This document shows positions 27,956 to 36,433 of a DNA stretch of 64,000 nucleotides, piece after piece. The notes under the pieces are model-generated. The model was not told where the DNA came from. It did not search any database and saw nothing but the letters and a program-made list of their open reading frames with translations. The stretch lies in IMG/VR virus record IMGVR_UViG_3300045988_144737; one strand, written 5' to 3'. Position 1 is the stretch's first letter, and each line of letters starts with the position of its first letter. The DNA comes from a virus. The position numbers were made by a program, and so were the translations under genes.

Positions 27956-28140
27956 TTATAGTATCTAATAAAATACATATAATAATCTACAAGCTAAATA
28001 TAAAGCCATAGAGAAACGTTTTAGGAATTTAGGTATTGTTATACCCTTTTAATAAAACAACGCCCTAATGGCTTGTATTTAGCTTATTTTAATATATCGA
28101 TAATGTAAGTGTTTTTATAATCATAATTGTAATTACAAAG

Positions 28141-28174
28141 TGCTATATCAATATATTTGCTATATCAATATATT
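28141..28174. repeat. Perfect tandem direct repeat 2 x 17 bp (TGCTATATCAATATATT)
   Basis: Read directly: 28141-28157 and 28158-28174. Confidence 0.9.
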
Positions 28175-28462
28175 AAGGTGTTAGATTATAAAGATTATTA
28201 GAATAAGCTATTTTAAAGCCTATACAAGCGCTTTTGTGTGTAATAGGTATTATTTATCCTATCATAGTAAAACGATTGCCTATGGGCTTATATTTGCGTT
28301 CTAGGGCTATCATATGCTTTTATATCTATACTATGTGGAACAATGTTATTTGATTGTAATGATAATGATATAGTATTGATTATTGTTGAATGTAGTTTTT
28401 AAAACCATGTTTAATAGTTGGTATAATCAAATGAATGTTATTAAGTAATAATGTATATATGT

Positions 28463-28530
28463 AATAATGTTATAACAATATAATGATAGGTAATAATGTA
28501 AGTTCATTGTCATATTGTTATAACATTATT
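28463..28530. repeat. 19-bp perfect inverted repeat with 30-nt spacer
   Basis: AATAATGTTATAACAATAT (28463-81) / ATATTGTTATAACATTATT (28512-30). Confidence 0.85.
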
Positions 28531-28883
28531 AAGTTAGATATATATTATTATTGTATTGATATATCATGGTTATATAGTTATGTAGTAATGTTAATGTATG
28601 TAATATGATGTAGTATCATATACTATGTAATGTAATGATAATGAATATGTATTGTAATATAAATATGATAATTATATTTTATTATTTAGATAAATATATT
28701 ATTGTTTATATTTATATTAATATGATTTAGTGTGTGATGTCTATTGTAGAGCATTTAACGCTTGTATGAGCGTTGTTTGTGGTAGTTAGGTATAATTGGT
28801 ATAGTTATATAGTTTATGCGTGTATGGTCTTGTATTGTGATTGTATGGTGTGTAGTAGGATATATGATTATATTTATATATTG

Positions 28884-28896
28884 TTAAGGTGCTTAA
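28884..28896. repeat. Palindromic 13-mer TTAAGGTGCTTAA, copy 1
   Basis: Exact copy also at 29159-29171, degenerate TTAAGGTGTTA at 28173-83. Confidence 0.8.
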
Positions 28897-29158
28897 CTAT
28901 GTTATATATGTATGCTATGGTGTATGGCTTATACATGGCTTGTGTGGTGTGTTTAATGGTATATGGTGTAAATGTATTAGTTAATAGGTTTGGTGCTTAG
29001 ATTGGCTTGTATTGTCCTTGTGGTGGTTGTTAGGGTAATATGGTTAGTGTGGTATAGGTAGTATGGGTAATGGTATAGGATAGTAAGCGGGTTGGTGATT
29101 GTGTGTGTTGTGTGTGTGTGGGTAAGTATTTTTTAAAAGGTATGCCATAGTCCAATCG

Positions 29159-29171
29159 TTAAGGTGCTTAA
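29159..29171. repeat. Palindromic 13-mer TTAAGGTGCTTAA, copy 2
   Basis: Exact repeat of 28884-28896. Confidence 0.8.
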
Positions 29172-29889
29172 GTATTGGGGTAATTTTAAAATGTATTATA
29201 ATATTTAGAATTTAAAATTATATTTCTTTTTATTTAAAAAATACAATCTAATATGTATTAGGTTGTATAAAATAGGGGGCATGGTACAAGTTAGCGTATA
29301 TGGGGGCATATTTGAAAATATAATCGCTATTTTATTTGATAGGATGGTGCTTGTACTTATCACATACGCTTTATATCAATTTCGTATGTTCGTAGTTCAA
29401 TTCATTAACTATGGCTTAAAATTTAACGTATTCGTGAACGATATATAATTTATAATGTAATTTAGCCATATATTCCGTTTATGATATATTATTCATATAT
29501 AGTCGTTACCGTGTTATATGATAGTCGCATAAATTAATGTTCTTATACTACTATGTATATGCAATTGTTGATAAAATAGTACCTATGGCATTGTAATTTA
29601 TGATATATGCGATAAATAAGTGTGATTTTAAAATAGATTGATTTTATGTATGATAATATGATTGAATTACTATATATAAACGTGCATAAAAGGCATAATG
29701 ATAAAAATTGTAACCACATTGGGTGTATTAGGTGTATTAAATATTAAATTTATTAAATTAATTGATTTTATTAGTTGCTGTATATAACTATATAATATAT
29801 ATACACTGACTATCAAAAACTTATAAACTTATAAATTTTATAAAATTTAATCTATCAACTCATCACAAGTTACAAAAAATAAATATAAT

Positions 29890-29956
29890 ACTCGAACGAA
29901 TGTGAGAGCAAGTGAACAAAGTGAACGCCCAAGCAACGAAATTGAACGAAGTGAAA
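29890..29956. repeat. Iteron-like cluster of GAACGAA / AGTGAA(C/A) motifs
   Basis: CGAACGAATGTGAGAGCAAGTGAACAAAGTGAACGCCCAAGCAACGAAATTGAACGAAGTGAAATGAG. Confidence 0.6.
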
Positions 29957-30273
29957 TGAGTACATATATAAAGACAAAACAACTAATACACATATAATAC
30001 TTTATCAATTGCGAATTGCTTAATTAACAATGGATTAATTTATCTACCACATTTCACTATGCAAGAGATAATTACTTAATCAATAATAACATATTGCAAT
30101 AAGAAAACTTGTACGCTAAAGAAATATATATATTGATTAAGTATTTCCAATGCAACTAGCGCTTACGCCTACCGCACTTCGTTTGGTACAACATTTCATG
30201 TTGTAATTATATTTTTATTTAATATACATTTAATTAATAATAAATATAATATACCTAAGCAACGACGAAGTCA

Positions 30274-30289
30274 TTTCACGCTAGTGAAA
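30274..30289. repeat. Perfect palindrome TTTCAC-GCTA-GTGAAA
   Basis: Same GTGAAA half-site as the 29.9 kb cluster. CACTTCGTT at 30175-83 is the inverted copy of AACGAAGTG. Confidence 0.7.
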
Positions 30290-30404
30290 CAATCATAGTA
30301 CAGCAAATTAAAATATTGAATAAATTTAATAATGGGTATTGAAATGATATTATGTATATGTTATTATTATCTTGTGAATAAGATATTTATGAAAGGAGAT
30401 ATAT

Positions 30405-30923
30405 ATGAATAAGACATTACTAGATGTTGAAGTGCCTAAAACTTGTGGCGAGTGTATGTTTTATAGAAAGCACAGAGATAGATGTATTGACCATGTATCA
30501 TGTGTTTTGGGTTCTTATGATGATAGCAATACTAAATATGATGCAAACTATGATAATTCAAGACATTATAATTGTGCTATTGTAAAAGAACGAGCTATGC
30601 AACAATTAGTTGAATACAAAAGTAAAAGAAAACAAAGAGAATTATTAAAAGCCTTACAAGAATACTCATTGAGAGAATTTGGTGATATAACATATAAATC
30701 TATTGATGATATACCAAATGTTATTAATCTTGCTTATGATATAATGGGAGATGAAGAGCATGAGGTACAAATTGATTTTGACCTTAAAAGACTTCAATGG
30801 AAAGAATATATAGATTATGAACTAAAAAGAACAAAGCAATATACAAGTCTCGATGAATTTATTAATAAATTAAAAAGATGTGCTTATGAGGATATTGCTT
30901 ATGAAGCTTTTTATGATTTATGA
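30405..30923 (+). CDS. Hypothetical protein (N-terminal Cys-rich)
   Basis: 172-aa ORF after AAAGGAGAT. Confidence 0.5.
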   Translation: MNKTLLDVEVPKTCGECMFYRKHRDRCIDHVSCVLGSYDDSNTKYDANYDNSRHYNCAIVKERAMQQLVEYKSKRKQRELLKALQEYSLREFGDITYKSIDDIPNVINLAYDIMGDEEHEVQIDFDLKRLQWKEYIDYELKRTKQYTSLDEFINKLKRCAYEDIAYEAFYDL

Positions 30924-30952
30924 TTGTATTACAAATAGAAAGGAGATAAAAA

Positions 30953-31390
30953 ATGTCAATGATTAGTAATATGTTTTTAAAAAAGAAACAAGATAAGAAT
31001 AATGCAATTAAATCAAACTTAATAGAATTGGAAACAGGACATAAGTGTACAAACGAAGTATATGATATAGTTGAAAGAACATTAAAGTCAATGCGAGAGG
31101 ATAATTCATCATTATCAACGTGTTACAATGTTTCAAAAAAGGAAAATACTAATTATCAAAATAATGATTTTGCAAATGGTGAAGTTGTAATCACCTTAGG
31201 CAAAGAAACAAAACAAAGAACAATAACAAATAATGCAAATTACAATTTCCTTAAACAAACGCAAGAAAAAGATATATGGATAGCATATTTAAAAGGGCAC
31301 GAGGAAATATGGGGATGTGGAAAAACAAGAATGGATGCAATTCAAGATTTGGAGAAATCAATAGCATATGAAAAAACTACTAGAAATTAA
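30953..31390 (+). CDS. Hypothetical protein (C-terminus weakly HicB/UPF0150-like)
   Basis: AAAGGAGAT RBS. ..WIAYLKGHEEIWGCGKTRMDAIQDLEKSI. Confidence 0.45.
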   Translation: MSMISNMFLKKKQDKNNAIKSNLIELETGHKCTNEVYDIVERTLKSMREDNSSLSTCYNVSKKENTNYQNNDFANGEVVITLGKETKQRTITNNANYNFLKQTQEKDIWIAYLKGHEEIWGCGKTRMDAIQDLEKSIAYEKTTRN

Positions 31391-31446
31391 GAGATATGTA
31401 AAATGTTTTTCAATAGAATATTCATGCCCCCCATTGTGGAAATGTT

Positions 31447-31650
31447 ATGAGCAAACCATTTGTAGTCAAACATTTAGATTACGAGGAAATTAAAGATTTG
31501 TTAGAAAAATATAAATCAAATAATAATATATCCCACAATTATTTATTGGAGTATGGTTTGTATGTGGCAAAATGTGAGCATTGTCATGAAATTTGTATAA
31601 TTAATATAAAAAATAAAAGAAAGAAGAGGAATATAAAAAATGGAAAATAA
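31447..31650 (+). CDS. Hypothetical protein
   Basis: 67-aa ORF. Confidence 0.4.
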   Translation: MSKPFVVKHLDYEEIKDLLEKYKSNNNISHNYLLEYGLYVAKCEHCHEICIINIKNKRKKRNIKNGK

Positions 31651-32089
31651 TAATTTAAAATTTGAAGAAGTTAAGGTTGGTCATAGTTATTTGTTAGTAT
31701 TAAAAAACGGTCATAGCGTTACGCTAAATAATGTTGCTATGGTTGAATATAATGATACTTATTATTTTTATGAGGCATATGATAAGGGATTACTAGTTGA
31801 TATGTTGGATGATGTTGTTTTGCAAGATAAAGTTGAATTAGATGCTGATGATGTCAAAGACTTGGTTTGTCATGAAAACATTAATATTGTTGACATTGAT
31901 GAGGAACACGCAATTGGTGTTAATGATTGTCTTCATGATAAATTTCACAATCATAATTTAGAGAATTATTTTCATATTGAAGATTTTGATACTTTGATTG
32001 GAGTGTTTAACAAAAGCGAAGTTTGTTATGTATTGGATATTACCAATGAGCAAAACGACAATGAAGATTATCCTTCATTAGTGTCATAA
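31640..32089 (+). CDS. Acidic hypothetical protein
   Basis: 149-aa D/E-rich ORF overlapping the upstream stop. Confidence 0.45.
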   Translation: MENNNLKFEEVKVGHSYLLVLKNGHSVTLNNVAMVEYNDTYYFYEAYDKGLLVDMLDDVVLQDKVELDADDVKDLVCHENINIVDIDEEHAIGVNDCLHDKFHNHNLENYFHIEDFDTLIGVFNKSEVCYVLDITNEQNDNEDYPSLVS

Positions 32090-32101
32090 GGGGTGTTATT
32101 T

Positions 32102-32251
32102 ATGAAGAATGATTTAAGACTATTATTAATATATATATTATTTGTGTTGGGGTATTTTATTATGACATACCCCGATGCTTTTATAACAATGTTAATAGTT
32201 GTGTGTTTTGTTTTTATCATACTTAGTAATGACAATAATAAATTAAGGTAG
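32102..32251 (+). CDS. 49-aa two-TM micro-protein (below ORF-track cutoff)
   Basis: ATG 32102 after AAGGGGTG. Translation MKNDLRLLLIYILFVLGYFIMTYPDAFITMLIVVCFVFIILSNDNNKLR. Confidence 0.4.
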   Translation: MKNDLRLLLIYILFVLGYFIMTYPDAFITMLIVVCFVFIILSNDNNKLR

Positions 32252-32264
32252 TGTATAGGGGGAT

Positions 32265-33599
32265 ATGATGAATTTAGATAAGTTAAGCAATGGTCAAGTT
32301 GTTAAAAACTATAAAACAATGTGCGAAATATTAGAAGAGCCTTACATGGGTGGTAAAAGTAGGGTTATACAATTAGATAAATGGAGATTGTATTTTGATT
32401 ATGGTAAAGACGGTGTAAAGTTTATAATCAATGATATTTATACACAAGAAAAAACAAATAAATTAAAACAAGCATTAGATGATGTAAAAAGAAATAAAAT
32501 AGAAAATAGAAAAAAAGAAACTCAAAGAAAAAAAGATTTAGAGAAAAAAGAGAAGGAACAAAAAAGAGAAGAGAAAAGAAAAGAAAGAGAGCGATTGGAG
32601 AGGGAAAAGTCAAAAAAGAAAAAATTGAGAGAACAAAAGAAATTAGAGAGAGAAAAATTAAAGAAAGAAAAAGAAGAACGAAGGAAGCTAAGAGAACAAA
32701 AGAAATTAGAAAGAGAAGAAAAACAAAGAGAAAAAGAAATAAAAAGAAAAGATAGAGAGCGATTGAATAAAGAAAAAGAAGAAAGAAGAAAATTAAGAGA
32801 AGAAAAAAAATTAGAAAAAGAAGAAAAGAAAAAATTAAGCAAAGAAAGAAGAGAAAACGGTCTTAGCAACTTGTTATACAACAATATATGTTGTGTCTTG
32901 AATAAATACAAAGAAGATAAAATTGTATTAACAAAAAGTAAACTATTAAAAGATGTTGGTATGATTAACGATAAGTTTGGAATGAAGTTAAGCGATAAGG
33001 AATTGGAAAAGATTAATTCAAATCAATTTAACTATAATGAATTTAATAAAATTGTATTAAGTAGAATATCATCAACCCTTGATTATGTGTTTAAAAAAAT
33101 GTCTAATGATTGTTTAATAAAAAGAGATACTTATTTATTAAGATATGATAATCACGAATTTTATGATTTATCAACGTTTAGAGAAGTTGATATGAATGAA
33201 GAATATATTATTAAAGATATTTATAATCAAGTCTTAGCAGAGTTTGAATTAGGAAAAGAAGCAGACCTTATGTATAAATCTAATAGCGTTAAAGAAAGTT
33301 TTTACGCTAAGGTCAGCGAAGAAATAAATAATAGATTTGATTGTAACGGACATTGCAAAGCGTATGATATTCAAATTTTAAATAGGGATAAGTTAAAAAA
33401 TAAAACATTAGATAAAAGAAGATTAAATAATACATTTGTTACAATATTAAAAGATACTATCAAAAACAAATATACCAGAACTAATAATAAGGGCATGATT
33501 ATGTTATCTGAAAATAATGACAAGGCTTTTATGTATGATAATTACTTTTTATCTAATCAATATGATTTATTAAATAAATTTATAAGATTAAACAACTAA
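32265..33599 (+). CDS. Hypothetical protein with a ~120-aa E/R/K charged single-helix-like spacer
   Basis: Central KKETQRKKDLEKKEKEQKREEKRKERERLEREKSKKKKLREQKKLERE... flanked by globular N and C domains. GGGGGAT RBS. Confidence 0.55.
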   Translation: MMNLDKLSNGQVVKNYKTMCEILEEPYMGGKSRVIQLDKWRLYFDYGKDGVKFIINDIYTQEKTNKLKQALDDVKRNKIENRKKETQRKKDLEKKEKEQKREEKRKERERLEREKSKKKKLREQKKLEREKLKKEKEERRKLREQKKLEREEKQREKEIKRKDRERLNKEKEERRKLREEKKLEKEEKKKLSKERRENGLSNLLYNNICCVLNKYKEDKIVLTKSKLLKDVGMINDKFGMKLSDKELEKINSNQFNYNEFNKIVLSRISSTLDYVFKKMSNDCLIKRDTYLLRYDNHEFYDLSTFREVDMNEEYIIKDIYNQVLAEFELGKEADLMYKSNSVKESFYAKVSEEINNRFDCNGHCKAYDIQILNRDKLKNKTLDKRRLNNTFVTILKDTIKNKYTRTNNKGMIMLSENNDKAFMYDNYFLSNQYDLLNKFIRLNN

Positions 33600-33618
33600 A
33601 AGAAATAACAAAAAAGTA

Positions 33619-33647
33619 TTTACAAAGGCGATGGTGTATGATATACT
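33619..33647 (+). promoter_or_regulatory. Promoter upstream of the RNA polymerase operon (extended -10)
   Basis: TTTACA 33619-24, 17 nt, TGaTATACT 33639-47. Confidence 0.5.
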
Positions 33648-33694
33648 ATAATAGTAAAGTAAATCACATGAATTATAGGAGGAAATAAAGTAAA

Positions 33695-33874
33695 ATGGAA
33701 AATAAAATTATTTATGATGATTGTTATGGTGATGAAGAGGGAGGAACAGAATGGTCAGAGATGTCTTATAACAGATATAAGCCGAAAAGTATCAAAGATG
33801 AATTAATTGTTGATGAATATGATTTTTGGTATCGCAAACAAATAGAAGATTTTCGTGATGATTATAATTTCTAA
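33695..33874 (+). CDS. 59-aa acidic hypothetical protein (below ORF-track cutoff)
   Basis: ATG after TAGGAGGAAAT. Translation MENKIIYDDCYGDEEGGTEWSEMSYNRYKPKSIKDELIVDEYDFWYRKQIEDFRDDYNF. Confidence 0.45.
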   Translation: MENKIIYDDCYGDEEGGTEWSEMSYNRYKPKSIKDELIVDEYDFWYRKQIEDFRDDYNF

Positions 33875-33964
33875 AATAAATTGAAATAAAAAGAAAATAA
33901 AAGAAATTATAGGAAATTAAGAAAAATTTTAAGAAAATAAAATAGGAAGTTGTGGTGATTATTA

Positions 33965-35520
33965 ATGAAATCTCCAAAGTTGTATAAAGTTTTAAATTTT
34001 AATTTAAAGGAAATTATTGAAGAAAACTTTATGATAGTTGGCGATAATCAATATATCAAAAGTCATTTAAAGTATACCAGTGATAATCAAGAGTTTAGAC
34101 AAATTAGATTAATTACGAATACAAATAATAAAATGAATAAATATATTGCTTTTGTTGAATTTGATGGAGGAACAAAGGAAGAGGATTTAAAATCAATAGT
34201 TAGAAACGGTTTTAGATTTAATGACCAAGAATTTGTATTAAGTGAACGCAGTGGTTCTATGAGCAGAACTGGGAAGTTAAGTTTTGTTGATAAAACTATC
34301 GCACAAGAATTAGATAAAAGAATATCTATGGATAATAGGATTGACAAAACAGTAGTAAGCAAATTATCAGCATACAGAGGGTTGATGTTAACTGGGTGTC
34401 ATATGTTAGAAAATTATATGCCTAAGATAATTATTACCAAAGGATTAAATAGAACTATAAAAAATGTAAAAATTAAATGTTTGCATGATAAACAAGATAC
34501 ATTCAAAAATGAAGATGGAGAAATTATCGAATATACTAAAAAAGTAATAGAGGAAGAAACTAGAGATATTGAAATAGATTGTTTTGATGGAATGGGTATA
34601 GTTCATCCTTTAGTTGTTGAAGAAATGACTAAAGAGTTAGATTTGCCAAAGGATATTAATACTATGATTGTTAGAGCGTGCTATATGAAGGGTTGTATTC
34701 ATAAGGTTGATTATACAAAGTTTTTTGTTGACCATGGTGTTGAATGGATAGAAGATATTTGGGGTGTTAAACATAGCGTTTATGAACCTATGATTATTAT
34801 GGATAAGTCTATGTATAAAGGTTTTAATTATTTCAAATATTACAACGATTATAGAGATTGGGAATATTATTTATCTAAGTTAGAAGAGTATGACCATGTA
34901 TTTGGCATTGCTAAATACAATTTTAATGAAAAAGATGAGAAAATTTATACAAAGGCAAATTATCAAATATTACAAGATTTAAACATCCCATTTTCAGATT
35001 TTGAGAAGTTGGGAGATAAAACTTTGGATTATTTTCAAAAAGTCATAGATGGCAAAGAGGAATATGTAAAAACATTCTTAGGAATTTGTGGAGATAAGTA
35101 TAAACTTAGTAGTAATTATATTAAAGCCATTGCTAAAAATCCAGAGATGCTTAAGCAAGAGGGTGTAGTAAATCATGTTATAAATTTATTAAAAGGAAAT
35201 ATAAACGATGCTAAATGTGGAAAGTTATATTTAAGAGGTTGTTTTAAGTTTGCAGTTCCTGATTTGATTTTGTTTATGGAGCATATTGGTGGACTAGAGC
35301 CAAATGGTTGTTTAGGATTTCAAGAGTTTTGGACTAGAGGTAGATGTGGTTACGAAGTTGGAAAAGAATATCTCATTACACGAAATCCACATATTTGCAG
35401 CTCAGAACACGATGTAGTTACATATGTAAGAAATGAACTAATCGAAAAGTATTTAGGGCATTTGCAAAATGTTTGTATGGTGGACTGTAATAGCCCACAC
35501 ATGGCGAGATTAAATGGGAT
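33965..35520 (+). CDS. YonO/RdRP-like single-subunit RNA polymerase, exon 1
   Basis: ..YLITRNPHICSSEHDVV..VCMVDCNSPHMARLNG parallels the RdRP/YonO RNPCLHPGD...SG segment preceding DxDGD. The ORF-track tail IGQSVPLYRNI* is intron read-through. Confidence 0.7.
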
Positions 35521-36433
35521 AGGACAATCTGTCCCACTATATAGAAATATATAGTTAAAAACACAGTGAACCTAGAAATCTAGGGTGTATGATTTACGAT
35601 AAGGAATAGTAGGAAATGACTATTAGAAATCATGCTAACAGGGGAAGCATTAATTGTAATCCTGTGTTGTATTAAATTATAATCTATATTATATTAATTT
35701 AAAGGAGGTGTTGATATGTCATTTGAAATAAAAATTAACAATGAGAAGGAATGGAAAGAAGTCAATATTAATGGATTATCATATGTTATAAGTAATTATG
35801 GTGATGTTGTTACCTTATCAAATCGCTCTCATAAAATCGTTCCACATTTGAATAAGGACGGTTATCCAATAGTAACAGTTGGAAAAAATCCTAGAGTTGG
35901 AAAACCAGTTCATTTATTGGTTGCCATGTTATTTGTAGATGGATATAAAGATGGATATGAGGTAAATCACAAAGATTTTGATAGAACTAATTACCATTAT
36001 TCTAACTTAGAGTGGGTAAGCCATAAAGATAATATTAATTACTCTTATAAAAATGGTAGACACACTAAAAGAATAAATAGTTTGTATGGAAATAATAGAA
36101 AATTAAAAAAAGAGGCTTTCTTAGATATATTAAATAAACTAGAAAATGGTATGCCTTGTTGTGATATAGCAATATATTATGGCGTATCTGTTGACGTTGT
36201 TTATAACATAAAAAGCGGAAAGACTTATAAAGAATATAGATAATATAGATATAGTTTAATGTAATCAACAGACTAGCGAAAGAGTATTGTATGTTCCTAT
36301 GGGAATATACAAGAGTAATTGAGTAGGGTACATTTGGAGTGAAACTCTCTATTTGGAAGCGCTGTGAGCCTAAGTCAGTAATGATATGGCTATGATATAG
36401 TCGGATATAAATACAATATATGTGTTTATATAG
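35521..36433 (+). mobile_element. Group I intron with HNH homing-endonuclease gene, in the RNA polymerase gene
   Basis: P1 TGGGAT (35515-20) / GTCCCA (35531-36) with U.G at the splice site. P10 GGATT (36434-38) / AATCT (35526-30). R-like AATCAACAGACTAGCG, S ATGATATAGTCGG. Intron ends in G 36433. 1556+1039 nt = 865 codons in frame. Confidence 0.75.
35716..36243 (+). CDS. HNH homing endonuclease (NUMOD4-like N-terminus plus HNH_3 plus C-terminal HTH)
   Basis: WKEV..YVISNYGDVVT, GYPIVTV, VHLLVAMLF, EVNHKDFDRTNYHYSNLEWVSHKDN. AAAGGAGGTG RBS. Confidence 0.8.
   Translation: MSFEIKINNEKEWKEVNINGLSYVISNYGDVVTLSNRSHKIVPHLNKDGYPIVTVGKNPRVGKPVHLLVAMLFVDGYKDGYEVNHKDFDRTNYHYSNLEWVSHKDNINYSYKNGRHTKRINSLYGNNRKLKKEAFLDILNKLENGMPCCDIAIYYGVSVDVVYNIKSGKTYKEYR

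Larger units (their letters stand above)
28381..29135 (+). other. C-depleted, G+T-rich non-coding tract
   Basis: Hand count about 28 C in 720 nt (28381-29100). In 28741-29100, about 106 G versus 18 C. Ends in (GT)n-like GTGTGTGTTGTGTGTGTGTGGG. Confidence 0.85.

Noticed and set aside
28773-29448. ORFs 28773..29000 (75 aa) and 29263..29448 (61 aa) in the gene-free region
   Set aside because: Products consist almost only of V/C/Y/M/L/G, a direct consequence of the GT-rich, C-free composition. No RBS, and non-ATG or weak starts.
29480-29820. Group I intron-like fragments (CATATATAGTCG, TGATAGTCGC, CACTGACTATC)
   Set aside because: The S-like and R-like strings occur in the wrong order, with no Q element, no P1 and no interrupted gene. 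Probably chance matches in AT-rich DNA.
27907-30404. tRNA genes in the long non-coding region
   Set aside because: Scanned by eye for GTTCRANYC T-loops with matching acceptor stems and found none. A tRNAscan-SE run would be needed to be sure.
32428-32911. Minus-strand ORFs 32428..32613 and 32522..32911
   Set aside because: Reverse complement of the polypurine E/K/R tract gives F/L/S-only pseudo-proteins.
33792-34362. Minus-strand ORFs 33792..33977 and 34087..34362
   Set aside because: One lies antisense to the promoter and small-ORF region, the other antisense to RNAP exon 1. Low-complexity products.
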